Below, piece by piece: positions 10,583 through 22,408 of a stretch of DNA of 64,000 nucleotides (the first letter of the stretch is position 1; each line of letters opens with the position of its first letter). The DNA lies in NCBI RefSeq assembly GCF_055900595.2, contig NZ_CM148325.1, one strand, 5' to 3'. Made by a program: the position numbers and the translations under genes. The notes under the pieces were generated by a model. The model searched no databases, was not told the origin of the DNA, and was given only the letters and a program-made list of their open reading frames with translations.

Positions 10583-10615
10583 CTTTCCCTGCAATGGGTT
10601 CCGTAGCAGGGAAAG
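10583..10615. other. Inverted repeat (10-bp perfect stem, 13-nt loop) downstream of ftsX, no U-tract
   Basis: CTTTCCCTGC ... GCAGGGAAAG. Confidence 0.4.
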
Positions 10616-10689
10616 AGACCCCGTTGTCTCTTCCCGGTATTTCATCTCTATGTCACATTTTGTGCGTAATTTATTCACAGCGTTGCATT

Positions 10690-10716
10690 GAACTTGTGGA
10701 TAAAATCACGGTCTGA
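10690..10716 (+). promoter_or_regulatory. sigma-E dependent rpoH promoter (P3-type)
   Basis: GAACTT -35, 16-bp spacer, TCTGA -10, about 95 bp upstream of the rpoH ATG. Confidence 0.8.
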
Positions 10717-10809
10717 TAAAACAGTGAATGATAACCTCGTTGCTCTTAAGCTCTGGCACAGTTGTTGCTACCACTGAAACGCCAGAAGATATCGATTGAG
10801 AGGATTTGA

Positions 10810-11664
10810 ATGACTGACAAAATGCAAAGTTTAGCTTTAGCCCCAGTTGGCAACCTGGATTCCTACATCCGGGCAGCTAACGCGTGGCCGATGTTGTCGG
10901 CTGACGAGGAGCGGGCGCTGGCTGAAAAGCTGCATTACCATGGCGATCTGGAAGCAGCTAAAACGCTGATCCTGTCTCACCTGCGGTTTGTTGTTCATAT
11001 TGCTCGTAATTATGCGGGCTATGGCCTGCCACAGGCGGATTTGATTCAGGAAGGTAACATCGGCCTGATGAAAGCAGTGCGCCGTTTTAACCCGGAAGTG
11101 GGTGTGCGCCTGGTCTCCTTCGCCGTTCACTGGATCAAAGCAGAGATCCACGAATACGTTCTGCGCAACTGGCGTATCGTCAAAGTTGCGACCACCAAAG
11201 CGCAGCGCAAACTGTTCTTCAACCTGCGTAAAACCAAGCAGCGTCTGGGCTGGTTTAATCAGGATGAAGTCGAAATGGTGGCCCGTGAACTGGGCGTAAC
11301 CAGTAAAGACGTACGTGAGATGGAATCGCGTATGGCGGCACAGGACATGACCTTTGACCTGTCTTCCGATGACGATTCCGACAGCCAGCCGATGGCTCCG
11401 GTGCTCTATCTGCAGGATAAATCGTCCAACTTTGCCGACGGCATTGAAGATGATAACTGGGAAGAGCAGGCGGCAAACCGTCTGACCGACGCGATGCAGG
11501 GCCTGGATGAGCGTAGCCAGGACATTATCCGCGCACGCTGGTTGGACGAAGACAACAAGTCCACGTTGCAGGAACTGGCTGACCGTTACGGTGTTTCCGC
11601 TGAGCGTGTGCGCCAGCTGGAAAAGAACGCGATGAAAAAACTTCGCGCTGCTATTGAAGCGTAA
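10810..11664 (+). CDS. rpoH: RNA polymerase sigma-32 heat-shock sigma factor
   Basis: 284 aa; sigma-70 family regions 2 and 4 (e.g. [19 protein letters not shown]). Confidence 0.97.
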   Translation: MTDKMQSLALAPVGNLDSYIRAANAWPMLSADEERALAEKLHYHGDLEAAKTLILSHLRFVVHIARNYAGYGLPQADLIQEGNIGLMKAVRRFNPEVGVRLVSFAVHWIKAEIHEYVLRNWRIVKVATTKAQRKLFFNLRKTKQRLGWFNQDEVEMVARELGVTSKDVREMESRMAAQDMTFDLSSDDDSDSQPMAPVLYLQDKSSNFADGIEDDNWEEQAANRLTDAMQGLDERSQDIIRARWLDEDNKSTLQELADRYGVSAERVRQLEKNAMKKLRAAIEA

Positions 11665-11684
11665 TTACCGCTGTTAAGCAGAGA

Positions 11685-11717
11685 ACCCTGGATGAGAGTC
11701 CGGGGTTTTTATTTTTT
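11685..11717 (+). terminator. rpoH intrinsic terminator
   Basis: GC-rich hairpin (ACCCTGGA ... TCCGGGG) followed by TTTTTATTTTTT. Confidence 0.8.
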
Positions 11718-11935
11718 GGGCCTCTGCAATAATCAATGACCCCCTCCGGCAAAACGCCAATCTCCACGCAGATTGTTAATAAACTGTCAAAATAGCTATT
11801 CCAATATCATAAAAATCGGGTATGTTTTAGCAGAGTATGCTGCTAAAGCACGGGTAGTCATGCATAAAACGAAATAAAGTGCTGAACAACAACATCACAA
11901 CACACGTAATAACCAGATGAATGGGGATTCTCAGG

Positions 11936-13039
11936 ATGAATATAAAGGGTAAAGCGTTACTGGCAGGATGTATCGCGCTGGCATTCAGCAATATGGCTCT
12001 GGCAGAAGATATTAAAGTCGCGGTCGTGGGCGCAATGTCCGGTCCGGTGGCCCAGTATGGCGACCAGGAGTTTACTGGCGCAGAGCAGGCAGTTGCGGAT
12101 ATTAACGCTAAAGGCGGTGTGAAAGGCAACAAACTGCAAATCGTAAAATATGACGATGCCTGTGACCCGAAACAGGCGGTTGCGGTGGCGAACAAAGTCG
12201 TTAACGACGGCATTAAATACGTGATTGGTCACCTCTGCTCTTCATCAACGCAGCCTGCGTCTGACATCTACGAAGACGAAGGCATTTTAATGATCACCCC
12301 AGCAGCAACCGCACCAGAGCTGACCGCCCGTGGCTATCAGCTGATCCTGCGCACCACCGGCCTGGATTCCGACCAGGGGCCGACGGCGGCGAAATATATT
12401 CTTGAGAAAGTGAAACCGCAGCGTATTGCTATCGTTCACGACAAACAGCAGTACGGCGAAGGTCTGGCGCGTGCGGTGCAGGACGGCCTTAAGAAAGGCA
12501 ATGCTAACGTGGTGTTCTTTGACGGCATCACCGCCGGGGAAAAAGATTTCTCAACGCTGGTGGCGCGTTTGAAGAAAGAGAATATCGACTTCGTTTACTA
12601 CGGTGGTTACCACCCGGAAATGGGGCAAATCCTGCGTCAGGCACGCGCGGCAGGGCTGAAAACTCAGTTTATGGGGCCGGAAGGCGTGGCTAACGTCTCG
12701 CTGTCTAACATTGCGGGCGAATCAGCGGAAGGGCTGCTGGTAACCAAGCCGAAGAACTACGATCAGGTTCCGGCGAACAAACCAATTGTTGACGCGATCA
12801 AAGCGAAAAAACAGGACCCAAGCGGCGCGTTCGTCTGGACCACCTACGCCGCGCTGCAATCTTTGCAGGCGGGCCTGAATCAGTCTGACGATCCGGCTGA
12901 AATCGCCAAATACCTGAAAGCGAACTCCGTGGATACCGTGATGGGGCCGCTGACCTGGGATGAGAAAGGCGATCTGAAAGGCTTTGAGTTCGGCGTATTT
13001 GACTGGCACGCCAACGGCACGGCGACTGATGCGAAGTAA
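11936..13039 (+). CDS. livJ: Leu/Ile/Val-binding periplasmic protein
   Basis: Signal peptide [23 protein letters not shown]; about 80% identical to the downstream livK product. Confidence 0.95.
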   Translation: MNIKGKALLAGCIALAFSNMALAEDIKVAVVGAMSGPVAQYGDQEFTGAEQAVADINAKGGVKGNKLQIVKYDDACDPKQAVAVANKVVNDGIKYVIGHLCSSSTQPASDIYEDEGILMITPAATAPELTARGYQLILRTTGLDSDQGPTAAKYILEKVKPQRIAIVHDKQQYGEGLARAVQDGLKKGNANVVFFDGITAGEKDFSTLVARLKKENIDFVYYGGYHPEMGQILRQARAAGLKTQFMGPEGVANVSLSNIAGESAEGLLVTKPKNYDQVPANKPIVDAIKAKKQDPSGAFVWTTYAALQSLQAGLNQSDDPAEIAKYLKANSVDTVMGPLTWDEKGDLKGFEFGVFDWHANGTATDAK

Positions 13040-13097
13040 TCATTAATCGGCAATTTGGGTTGCCGCCAAATTGCTAATATCGAGTACGCATGCTTCA

Positions 13098-13198
<101 letters not shown>

Positions 13199-13238
13199 AT
13201 TTCTCGTTGGTCATCACTTTTGAAATCAAACTTGACGA

Positions 13239-13622
13239 TTAACGCTTCTCCCAGCCGCCCTGTTGTGCCGTAAACCCCAGCGTCTGCATAAACGCCGTCA
13301 TCACGCCGCGATCTTCCACGCCTGCATCCGCCATCCACCAGCCTGAAACGCCAGGATTGTTACGCAAAACCTCTTCCAGCAAATATTGCCCCACACCGCG
13401 ACGTCGGGTGACTTCCCGCACGCGCAGGGAATCCAGTGCCCCCTCGGTGCCGTTTAAGGTTACCCGCACGGCCGCGAGCAGGCGCTCGTTAAAACGCGCG
13501 GCGTAGATACGGTGGTTATCGTCAACCTGTAAAGAGGAAGGGGAGTACTCCGGCCAGATCTTTTGCAGGTCAATCCGGTCCTGGTCGCTAAAGTGTTCTA
13601 AACGAATGATGGTCAGCTTCAT
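13239..13622 (-). CDS. panM: PanD maturation factor PanM (GNAT fold)
   Basis: 127-aa ORF, synteny between livJ and livK. Confidence 0.88.
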   Translation of the reverse strand: MKLTIIRLEHFSDQDRIDLQKIWPEYSPSSLQVDDNHRIYAARFNERLLAAVRVTLNGTEGALDSLRVREVTRRRGVGQYLLEEVLRNNPGVSGWWMADAGVEDRGVMTAFMQTLGFTAQQGGWEKR

Positions 13623-14045
13623 GGGAAACCCGTGTAAATCACAAAAGTGGAACCAGTGTAGCGAAATAATTTAATCGGAGGCTTTCTCTTTTTTATTTCT
13701 TTTGGCAGGTGATTAATTTTTTAACAGCAATAATTACAAATTAAAAACATTAGAGAATGAAAAATGTCCAGCATAATCCCCTGAATGGTAGTGAATTATT
13801 CCGCCCTTTGTACCGTTATTTTATGCTGACAACGGCGCTTTTTTCTGTTTATCTATCAACAAATTCAGAATATTATCTGTTCTTAATCGACTGAAAAATA
13901 GGGATTTTAATCGCTATTATCACAAAACACTGCGCTAAACCCTTAATCAGACAGGCAAAAACAGTGCAGTATAAAAAAAGTACAGTCTGATTTGTTAACA
14001 CATAAAAACAAAGCAACACAACATCACGAATGGGGATTTTTGACT

Positions 14046-15155
14046 ATGAAACGGAATGCGAAAACTATCATCGCAGGGATGATTGCACTGACAATTTCAC
14101 ACACCGCTATGGCCGACGATATTAAAGTTGCCGTTGTCGGCGCGATGTCCGGTCCGATTGCCCAGTGGGGCGATATGGAATTTAACGGCGCGCGTCAGGC
14201 GATTAAAGACATTAATGCCAAAGGGGGAATTAAAGGCGATAAGCTGGTGGGCGTGGAATATGACGACGCCTGCGACCCGAAACAAGCCGTTGCGGTCGCC
14301 AACAAAATCGTTAACGACGGCATTAAATACGTTATTGGTCATCTGTGTTCTTCTTCTACCCAACCTGCATCAGATATCTACGAAGATGAAGGTATTTTGA
14401 TGATCTCGCCGGGGGCGACCAACCCGGAGCTGACTCAACGCGGTTATCAACACATCATGCGTACTGCCGGGCTGGACTCTTCCCAGGGACCAACAGCGGC
14501 AAAATACATTCTTGAGACGGTGAAGCCCCAGCGCATCGCCATCATTCACGACAAACAACAGTATGGCGAAGGGCTGGCGCGTTCGGTGCAGGACGGATTG
14601 AAAGCAGCCAATGCCAACGTCGTCTTCTTCGACGGCATTACCGCTGGTGAGAAAGATTTCTCCGCACTGATCGCCCGCCTGAAAAAAGAAAACATCGACT
14701 TCGTTTACTACGGCGGTTACTACCCGGAAATGGGGCAGATGCTGCGCCAGGCCCGTTCCGTTGGCCTGAAAACTCAGTTTATGGGGCCGGAAGGGGTGGG
14801 TAATGCGTCGCTGTCGAACATTGCTGGTGATGCCGCCGAAGGTATGTTGGTCACTATGCCAAAACGCTATGACCAGGACCCGGCAAACAAAGGCATCGTT
14901 GATGCGCTGAAAGCAGACAAGAAAGATCCGTCCGGGCCATATGTCTGGATCACCTACGCGGCGGTGCAATCTCTGGCGACTGCCCTTGAGCGTACCGGCA
15001 GCGATGAGCCGCTGGCGCTGGTGAAAGATTTAAAAGCTAACGGTGCAAACACCGTGATTGGGCCGCTGAACTGGGATGAAAAAGGCGATCTTAAGGGATT
15101 TGATTTTGGTGTCTTCCAGTGGCACGCCGACGGTTCATCCACGGCAGCCAAGTGA
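14046..15155 (+). CDS. livK: Leucine-specific binding periplasmic protein
   Basis: Start at internal Met ([23 protein letters not shown] signal peptide); paralogue of livJ. Confidence 0.95.
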   Translation: MKRNAKTIIAGMIALTISHTAMADDIKVAVVGAMSGPIAQWGDMEFNGARQAIKDINAKGGIKGDKLVGVEYDDACDPKQAVAVANKIVNDGIKYVIGHLCSSSTQPASDIYEDEGILMISPGATNPELTQRGYQHIMRTAGLDSSQGPTAAKYILETVKPQRIAIIHDKQQYGEGLARSVQDGLKAANANVVFFDGITAGEKDFSALIARLKKENIDFVYYGGYYPEMGQMLRQARSVGLKTQFMGPEGVGNASLSNIAGDAAEGMLVTMPKRYDQDPANKGIVDALKADKKDPSGPYVWITYAAVQSLATALERTGSDEPLALVKDLKANGANTVIGPLNWDEKGDLKGFDFGVFQWHADGSSTAAK

Positions 15156-15202
15156 TCATCCCACTGCCCGTAAAATGCGGGCGGGTTTAGAAAGGTTACC
15201 TT

Positions 15203-16129
15203 ATGTCTGAGCAGTTTTTGTATTTCTTGCAGCAGATGTTTAACGGCGTCACGCTGGGCAGTACCTACGCGCTGATAGCCATCGGCTACACCATGGTTTA
15301 CGGCATTATCGGCATGATCAACTTCGCCCACGGTGAGGTTTATATGATTGGCAGCTACGTCTCTTTTATGATCATCGCCGCACTGATGATGCTGGGCATT
15401 GATACCGGCTGGCTGCTGGTGGCGGCGGGATTCGTCGGCGCAATCGTCATTGCCAGCGCCTACGGCTGGAGTATCGAACGGGTGGCCTATCGCCCGGTGC
15501 GTAACTCTAAGCGCCTGATTGCGCTCATCTCGGCAATCGGCATGTCCATCTTCCTGCAAAACTACGTCAGCCTGACCGAAGGTTCGCGCGACGTGGCGCT
15601 ACCCAGCCTGTTTAACGGTCAGTGGGTTGTGGGCCATAGTGAAAACTTCTCTGCCTCTATTACCACCATGCAGGCGGTGATCTGGATTGTTACCTTCCTC
15701 GCCATGTTGGCGCTGACAATTTTCATCCGCTATTCCCGCATGGGGCGCGCCTGTCGTGCTTGCGCGGAAGACCTGAAAATGGCGAGCCTGCTTGGCATCA
15801 ACACTGACCGGGTGATTGCGCTGACCTTTGTGATTGGCGCGGCGATGGCGGCGGTGGCAGGTGTGCTGCTCGGTCAGTTCTATGGCGTAATTAACCCCTA
15901 CATCGGCTTTATGGCCGGGATGAAAGCCTTTACCGCTGCGGTGCTCGGTGGGATTGGCAGTATTCCGGGGGCAATGATTGGTGGCCTGATCCTGGGGATT
16001 GCGGAAGCGCTCTCTTCTGCCTATCTGAGTACGGAATATAAGGATGTGGTTTCATTTGCCCTGCTGATTCTGGTACTGCTGGTGATGCCGACCGGTATTC
16101 TGGGTCGCCTGGAGGTAGAGAAAGTATGA
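15203..16129 (+). CDS. livH: Branched-chain amino acid ABC permease
   Basis: 308-aa polytopic membrane protein. Confidence 0.95.
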   Translation: MSEQFLYFLQQMFNGVTLGSTYALIAIGYTMVYGIIGMINFAHGEVYMIGSYVSFMIIAALMMLGIDTGWLLVAAGFVGAIVIASAYGWSIERVAYRPVRNSKRLIALISAIGMSIFLQNYVSLTEGSRDVALPSLFNGQWVVGHSENFSASITTMQAVIWIVTFLAMLALTIFIRYSRMGRACRACAEDLKMASLLGINTDRVIALTFVIGAAMAAVAGVLLGQFYGVINPYIGFMAGMKAFTAAVLGGIGSIPGAMIGGLILGIAEALSSAYLSTEYKDVVSFALLILVLLVMPTGILGRLEVEKV

Positions 16130-17403
16130 AACCGATGCATATTGCAATGGCGCTGCTCTCTGCCGCCATGTTCTTTGTTCTCGCGGGCGTCTTTATGGGT
16201 GTGCAACTGGAGCTGGACGGCACCAAACTGGTGGTCGATACGGCTTCAGACATCCGATGGCAGTGGGTGTTTATTGGCACTGCGGTGGTCTTTTTCTTCC
16301 AGCTTGTGCGACCTGCATTTCAGAAAGGATTGAAAAGCGTTTCCGGGCCGAAGTTTATTCTGCCCGCGATTGATGGCTCCACGGTGAAGCAAAAGCTGTT
16401 CCTCGTCGCACTGTTGGTGCTTGCGGTGGCGTGGCCGTTTATGGTGTCGCGCGGGACGGTGGATATCGCCACCCTGACCATGATCTACATTATCCTCGGC
16501 CTCGGGCTGAACGTGGTGGTTGGGCTGTCTGGCTTACTGGTACTGGGTTACGGTGGTTTTTACGCCATCGGCGCTTACACCTTTGCCTTGCTCAATCACT
16601 ATTACGGTCTCGGCTTCTGGACCTGTTTGCCGATTGCCGGACTGATGGCAGCGGCGGCGGGCTTCCTGCTCGGCTTCCCGGTGTTGCGTTTACGTGGCGA
16701 CTATCTGGCGATCGTTACTCTCGGTTTCGGCGAAATTGTGCGCATATTGCTGCTCAATAACACGGAAATCACCGGCGGTCCGAACGGAATTAGTCAGATC
16801 CCGAAACCGACACTCTTCGGACTCGAGTTCAGCCGCACCGCCCGCGAAGGCGGCTGGGATACGTTCAGCAATTTCTTTGGCCTGAAATACGACCCGTCCG
16901 ATCGCGTCATCTTCCTCTACCTGGTGGCGTTACTGCTGGTGGTACTAAGCCTGTTTGTCATTAATCGCTTACTGCGGATGCCGCTGGGCCGCGCCTGGGA
17001 AGCGTTGCGTGAAGATGAAATCGCCTGTCGTTCGCTGGGCTTAAGTCCGCGTCGTATCAAGCTGACCGCTTTTACCATCAGTGCCGCGTTTGCCGGTTTT
17101 GCCGGAACGCTGTTCGCGGCGCGTCAGGGCTTTGTCAGCCCGGAATCTTTCACCTTTGCCGAATCGGCGTTTGTGCTGGCGATAGTGGTGCTCGGTGGTA
17201 TGGGTTCGCAATTTGCGGTGATTCTGGCGGCAATTTTGCTGGTGGTGTCGCGAGAGTTGATGCGTGATTTCAACGAATACAGCATGTTAATGCTCGGTGG
17301 TTTGATGGTGCTGATGATGATCTGGCGTCCGCAGGGCTTGCTGCCCATGACGCGCCCGCAACTCAAGCTGAAAAACGGCGCAGCGAAAGGAGAGCAGGCA
17401 TGA
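16126..17403 (+). CDS. livM: Branched-chain amino acid ABC permease
   Basis: 425 aa; 4-nt overlap with livH. Confidence 0.95.
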   Translation: MKPMHIAMALLSAAMFFVLAGVFMGVQLELDGTKLVVDTASDIRWQWVFIGTAVVFFFQLVRPAFQKGLKSVSGPKFILPAIDGSTVKQKLFLVALLVLAVAWPFMVSRGTVDIATLTMIYIILGLGLNVVVGLSGLLVLGYGGFYAIGAYTFALLNHYYGLGFWTCLPIAGLMAAAAGFLLGFPVLRLRGDYLAIVTLGFGEIVRILLLNNTEITGGPNGISQIPKPTLFGLEFSRTAREGGWDTFSNFFGLKYDPSDRVIFLYLVALLLVVLSLFVINRLLRMPLGRAWEALREDEIACRSLGLSPRRIKLTAFTISAAFAGFAGTLFAARQGFVSPESFTFAESAFVLAIVVLGGMGSQFAVILAAILLVVSRELMRDFNEYSMLMLGGLMVLMMIWRPQGLLPMTRPQLKLKNGAAKGEQA

Positions 17404-18167
17404 GTCAGCCATTATTATCTGTTAACGGCCTGATGATGCGCTTCGGTGGCCTGCTGGCGGTGAACAACGTCAATCTTGAACTGTACCCGCAGGAAATCGT
17501 CTCGTTAATCGGTCCTAACGGTGCCGGAAAAACCACGGTCTTTAACTGCCTGACCGGATTCTATAAACCCACCGGCGGCACCATTTTACTGCGCGATCAG
17601 CATCTGGAAGGTTTACCGGGGCAGCAAATCGCCCGCATGGGCGTGGTGCGCACCTTCCAGCATGTGCGTCTGTTTCGTGAAATGACGGTGATTGAAAACC
17701 TGCTGGTGGCGCAGCATCAGCAACTGAAAACCGGGCTGTTCTCCGGCCTGTTGAAAACGCCTTCTTTCCGCCGCGCCCAGAGCGAAGCCCTCGACCGCGC
17801 CGCAACCTGGCTTGAGCGCATTGGTTTGCTCGAACACGCTAACCGTCAGGCGAGTAACCTGGCCTACGGTGACCAGCGCCGTCTGGAGATCGCCCGCTGC
17901 ATGGTAACGCAGCCGGAGATTTTAATGCTCGACGAACCGGCAGCAGGTCTTAACCCGAAAGAGACGAAAGAGCTGGATGAGCTGATTGCCGAACTGCGTA
18001 ACCATCACAACACCACTATCTTGTTGATTGAACACGATATGAAGCTGGTGATGGGGATTTCAGACAGAATTTACGTGGTCAATCAGGGGACGCCACTGGC
18101 AAATGGTACGCCGGAGCAAATCCGTAATAACCCGGACGTGATCCGTGCCTATTTAGGTGAGGCATAA
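17400..18167 (+). CDS. livG: Branched-chain amino acid ABC ATPase
   Basis: Walker [10 protein letters not shown]; overlaps livM by 4 nt. Confidence 0.95.
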   Translation: MSQPLLSVNGLMMRFGGLLAVNNVNLELYPQEIVSLIGPNGAGKTTVFNCLTGFYKPTGGTILLRDQHLEGLPGQQIARMGVVRTFQHVRLFREMTVIENLLVAQHQQLKTGLFSGLLKTPSFRRAQSEALDRAATWLERIGLLEHANRQASNLAYGDQRRLEIARCMVTQPEILMLDEPAAGLNPKETKELDELIAELRNHHNTTILLIEHDMKLVMGISDRIYVVNQGTPLANGTPEQIRNNPDVIRAYLGEA

Positions 18168-18168
18168 G

Positions 18169-18882
18169 ATGGAAAAAGTCATGTTGTCCTTTGACAAAGT
18201 CAGCGCCCACTACGGCAAAATCCAGGCGCTGCATGAGGTGAGCCTGCATATCAATCAGGGCGAGATTGTCACCCTCATTGGCGCGAACGGCGCGGGGAAA
18301 ACCACCTTGCTCGGCACATTATGCGGCGACCCGCGCGCCACCAGCGGGCGAATTGTGTTTGATGATAAAGACATTACCGACTGGCAGACAGCGAAAATCA
18401 TGCGCGAAGCGGTGGCGATTGTTCCGGAAGGGCGTCGTGTTTTCTCGCGGATGACGGTGGAAGAGAACCTGGCGATGGGCGGCTTTTTTGCCGAACGCGA
18501 CCAGTTCCAGGAACGCATAAAGTGGGTCTATGAACTGTTTCCACGTCTGCATGAGCGCCGTGTTCAGCGGGCAGGCACCATGTCCGGCGGTGAACAGCAG
18601 ATGCTGGCGATTGGTCGCGCTTTGATGAGTAACCCACGTTTGCTATTGCTTGATGAACCCTCGCTCGGACTGGCACCGATTATCATCCAGCAAATTTTCG
18701 ACACCATCGAGCAACTGCGCGAGCAGGGGATGACTATCTTCCTCGTCGAGCAGAACGCCAACCAGGCGCTAAAGCTGGCGGATCGCGGCTACGTGCTGGA
18801 AAATGGTCATGTCGTGCTTTCCGATACTGGCGACGCGCTGCTGGCAAACGAAGCGGTGAGAAGTGCGTATTTAGGCGGGTAA
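18169..18882 (+). CDS. livF: Branched-chain amino acid ABC ATPase
   Basis: Start at internal Met MEKVMLSF; Walker A GANGAGKTT, signature MSGGEQQM. Confidence 0.95.
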   Translation: MEKVMLSFDKVSAHYGKIQALHEVSLHINQGEIVTLIGANGAGKTTLLGTLCGDPRATSGRIVFDDKDITDWQTAKIMREAVAIVPEGRRVFSRMTVEENLAMGGFFAERDQFQERIKWVYELFPRLHERRVQRAGTMSGGEQQMLAIGRALMSNPRLLLLDEPSLGLAPIIIQQIFDTIEQLREQGMTIFLVEQNANQALKLADRGYVLENGHVVLSDTGDALLANEAVRSAYLGG

Positions 18883-18893
18883 ATTATCGAATA

Positions 18894-18924
18894 CCCGGCA
18901 GCCAGCTTCTGCCGGGTTCTTCGT
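18894..18924 (+). terminator. liv operon terminator
   Basis: CCCGGCAG-ccagcttc-CTGCCGGG hairpin followed by TTCTTCG. Confidence 0.7.
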
Positions 18925-19000
18925 CCGTATACAGACTTGTTTCAACTGACCGGGAGGATTAAAACCAGACCACTTATTTGCCACGGAAAGGTTCCCTCCC

Positions 19001-19747
19001 ATGCATTATGCCGTTGTCGTCATGCTTGAACTGCTTTGCTGTATTCACGCTTATCGCTCCGGACAAGAGCGATACTGGATTTTTATTATCTTCTGTTTTC
19101 CGGTGATTGGCTGCGTGGCGTATTTCGTCATGGTTATGCTGCCTGAAACGGGCGCTGACCGTCACGGGCGTACTTTGCTGATGCGCCTGCAGGACAAAAT
19201 CAGCCCGGAACGCCACCTGCACAAATTAACCGAAGAGCTGGCGATTGCCGAGACCAATCAAAACCATTATGCGTTAGCTAACGAACTGGCGCGCCTTGGG
19301 CGTTATCACGAAGCCGTTCCCCATTATCAGCAGGCGTTAAGCGGAATTTTCGCCCATGAAGCGGTAATGATGTTAAGCCTGGCGCAGGCGCAATTTGCTA
19401 TTCAGGAGTTCGCCGCCTGTCAGCAGATGCTGGAAGATGTGATGCGTTATAACCCCGATTTTCAGTCGGCAGACGGGCATTTGTTATTTGCCAGAGCGTT
19501 AGCCGCACAAGAAAAATACGCTGATGCGGAAAGCGAGTTTGAGGTGCTTGTTTCTTATTACCCCGGCCCGCAGGCACGTATTTACTATGCGGAAATGTTG
19601 GCGAAAATGAGTCGGTTACGTGAAGCCAACGAGCAGTATGTTGCTGTAGTTGATACGGCTAAACGCTCAAGACCTCATTATAGAAAACACCACCGGGAAT
19701 GGATTAAGACCGCCAATGAACGGCTGAAGCAGAGTGTGGTGCAATGA
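19001..19747 (+). CDS. Hypothetical protein: N-terminal PLDc_N-like two-helix membrane anchor plus TPR-like helical domain (248 aa)
   Basis: Long ORF with E. coli-like codon usage; N-terminus YWIFIIFCFPVIGCVAYFV resembles the N-terminal membrane motif of cardiolipin synthase; the rest is helical-repeat (TPR-like); SD-like GGAAAGG about 10 nt upstream; two hairpin terminators downstream. Confidence 0.7.
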   Translation: MHYAVVVMLELLCCIHAYRSGQERYWIFIIFCFPVIGCVAYFVMVMLPETGADRHGRTLLMRLQDKISPERHLHKLTEELAIAETNQNHYALANELARLGRYHEAVPHYQQALSGIFAHEAVMMLSLAQAQFAIQEFAACQQMLEDVMRYNPDFQSADGHLLFARALAAQEKYADAESEFEVLVSYYPGPQARIYYAEMLAKMSRLREANEQYVAVVDTAKRSRPHYRKHHREWIKTANERLKQSVVQ

Positions 19748-19816
19748 AAATCTTCTTTGCCGTTAGACCAGTGTCGCGGCAATCTTTTGTTAAAATTGAA
19801 AAATGTAGCTCTCATC

Positions 19817-19856
19817 GGGCAGCAAAACTGGACGCAGAATTTGCTGCCATTTTTGC
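19817..19856 (+). terminator. Hairpin plus T-tract downstream of the 248-aa ORF
   Basis: GGCAGCAAA ... TTTGCTGCC then ATTTTTG. Confidence 0.6.
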
Positions 19857-19876
19857 TCTTCATGGTAAGGAGTTCT

Positions 19877-19907
19877 GGCGATTAGCTGACCGTTAATCGC
19901 CTCTTTT
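19877..19907 (+). terminator. Second hairpin plus T-tract upstream of the ugpB promoter
   Basis: GGCGATTA-gctgaccg-TAATCGCC then TCTTTTC. Confidence 0.6.
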
Positions 19908-19970
19908 CAGTGCATTCTCGGGATATCCGTGCCCCATCTCCCAATTTCCCTCACCCACGCCGTCACCGCC

Positions 19971-19988
19971 TTGTCATCTTTCTGACAC
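19971..19988 (+). promoter_or_regulatory. Pho box (PhoB site) of the ugpB promoter
   Basis: TTGTCATctttCTGACAC matches the CTGTCAT-N4-CTGTCAC consensus, about 120 bp upstream of ugpB. Confidence 0.7.
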
Positions 19989-20106
19989 CTTACTATCTTA
20001 CAAATGTAACAAAAAAGTTATTTTTCTGTAATTCGAGCATGTCATGTTACCCCGCGAGCATAAAACGCGTGAATTCGCGCATTCGGTACAACAAGAGAGA
20101 TAAACG

Positions 20107-21423
20107 ATGAAACCGTTACATTATACAGCTTCAGCACTGGCGCTCGGACTGGCGTTAATGGGGAATGCACAGGCAGTGACGACCATTCCGTTCTGGCATT
20201 CTATGGAAGGGGAACTGGGTAAAGAGGTGGATTCTCTTGCCCAACGTTTTAACGCCGAAAACCCGGATTACAAAATTGTACCGACCTATAAAGGCAACTA
20301 CGAACAGAATTTAAGCGCGGGGATTGCCGCATTTCGTACCGGCAACGCGCCGGCTATTTTGCAGGTTTATGAAGTTGGCACCGCCACCATGATGGCGTCG
20401 AAAGCCATTAAACCGGTATATGACGTGTTTAAAGAGGCGGGGATTCAATTCGATGAGTCGCAGTTTGTGCCGACGGTTTCAGGCTACTACTCCGACAGCA
20501 AAACCGGACATTTACTCTCCCAGCCGTTCAACAGCTCGACTCCTGTTCTCTATTACAACAAAGATGCTTTCAAGAAAGCGGGATTAGACCCGGAACAGCC
20601 GCCGAAAACCTGGCAGGATCTGGCAGACTATGCCGCGAAACTGAAAGCCTCTGGTATGAAGTGCGGCTACGCCAGCGGCTGGCAGGGCTGGATCCAACTG
20701 GAAAACTTTAGCGCCTGGAACGGTCTGCCGTTTGCCAGCAAAAACAACGGCTTTGACGGCACGGACGCGGTGCTTGAGTTCAACAAGCCGGAGCAGGTGA
20801 AACACATCGCCATGCTCGAAGAGATGAACAAGAAGGGCGATTTCAGTTACGTAGGGCGTAAGGATGAATCTACCGAGAAGTTCTATAACGGTGATTGCGC
20901 GATGACGACCGCCTCTTCGGGTTCTCTTGCCAACATTCGCGAGTACGCCAAATTCAACTACGGCGTAGGTATGATGCCTTACGACGCCGATGCGAAAGAT
21001 GCGCCACAAAACGCCATTATCGGCGGAGCCAGCCTGTGGGTGATGCAGGGCAAAGATAAAGAAACTTACACCGGCGTGGCGAAGTTTCTCGACTTCCTCG
21101 CGAAGCCAGAAAACGCTGCCGAGTGGCATCAGAAAACCGGTTATCTGCCAATTACCAAAGCGGCGTATGACCTGACCCGTGAGCAGGGCTTTTATGAGAA
21201 AAACCCAGGGGCGGATACTGCGACGCGTCAGATGCTGAACAAGCCGCCGTTGCCGTTCACCAAAGGGCTGCGTCTGGGCAACATGCCGCAGATCCGCGTG
21301 ATTGTGGATGAAGAGCTGGAAAGCGTGTGGACCGGTAAGAAGACGCCACAGCAGGCGCTGGATACCGCTGTTGAGCGTGGGAACCAGTTACTGCGCCGCT
21401 TTGAGAAATCTACGAAGTCTTAA
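20107..21423 (+). CDS. ugpB: sn-Glycerol-3-phosphate-binding periplasmic protein
   Basis: 438 aa with signal peptide, synteny. Confidence 0.96.
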   Translation: MKPLHYTASALALGLALMGNAQAVTTIPFWHSMEGELGKEVDSLAQRFNAENPDYKIVPTYKGNYEQNLSAGIAAFRTGNAPAILQVYEVGTATMMASKAIKPVYDVFKEAGIQFDESQFVPTVSGYYSDSKTGHLLSQPFNSSTPVLYYNKDAFKKAGLDPEQPPKTWQDLADYAAKLKASGMKCGYASGWQGWIQLENFSAWNGLPFASKNNGFDGTDAVLEFNKPEQVKHIAMLEEMNKKGDFSYVGRKDESTEKFYNGDCAMTTASSGSLANIREYAKFNYGVGMMPYDADAKDAPQNAIIGGASLWVMQGKDKETYTGVAKFLDFLAKPENAAEWHQKTGYLPITKAAYDLTREQGFYEKNPGADTATRQMLNKPPLPFTKGLRLGNMPQIRVIVDEELESVWTGKKTPQQALDTAVERGNQLLRRFEKSTKS

Positions 21424-21432
21424 CCAGTGAAA

Positions 21433-21500
21433 TGTCGGATGCGTTTCGCTTATCTGACCTGGCATCGCGTGTAGGCCGGATAAGCGAAGCGCATCCGGCA
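21433..21500. repeat. REP elements between ugpB and ugpA
   Basis: gtaggccggataagcgaagcgcatccggca plus an imperfect upstream unit. Confidence 0.8.
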
Positions 21501-21520
21501 CAGTTCAGGAATTAACCGTA

Positions 21521-22408
21521 ATGTCATCATCCCGTCCGGTGTTCCGCTCGCGCTGGCTGCCTTATTTGCTGGTCGCGCCGCAGCTTATCATCACCGTTAT
21601 CTTTTTTATCTGGCCTGCGGGCGAAGCGTTGTGGTACTCGCTACAAAGCGTCGATCCATTTGGCTTTTCCAGCCAGTTTGTCGGCCTGGATAACTTCGTC
21701 ACGCTGTTTCATGACAGCTACTATCTCGACTCCTTCTGGACGACGATAAAATTCAGCACCTTTGTCACCGTCAGCGGTTTGCTGGTGTCGCTGTTCTTCG
21801 CGGCGCTGGTGGAGTACATCGTGCGCGGCAGCCGTTTCTATCAAACCTTAATGCTGCTGCCGTATGCCGTGGCTCCCGCCGTTGCCGCCGTATTGTGGAT
21901 CTTCCTGTTTAACCCTGGTCGCGGGCTGATCACTCATTTTCTCGCTGAGTTCGGCTACGACTGGAACCATGCGCAAAACAGCGGTCAGGCAATGTTCCTG
22001 GTGGTGTTTGCCTCAGTATGGAAGCAAATCAGCTACAACTTTCTGTTCTTCTATGCCGCGCTGCAATCCATTCCCCGTTCGTTGATTGAAGCCGCAGCCA
22101 TCGACGGTGCAGGCCCGATTCGCCGCTTCTTTAAGATTGCGCTGCCGCTGATTGCGCCGGTGAGCTTCTTCCTGCTGGTGGTGAACCTGGTGTACGCCTT
22201 CTTCGACACCTTCCCGGTGATCGATGCCGCCACGTCCGGCGGACCAGTACAGGCCACCACGACGCTGATTTATAAGATCTACCGCGAAGGCTTTACCGGA
22301 CTGGATCTGGCTTCGTCTGCCGCGCAGTCGGTGGTGTTGATGTTCCTCGTCATCGTGCTGACGGTGGTGCAGTTCCGCTATGTTGAAAGCAAGGTGCGTT
22401 ACCAATGA
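21521..22408 (+). CDS. ugpA: sn-Glycerol-3-phosphate ABC permease
   Basis: 295-aa membrane protein. Confidence 0.95.
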
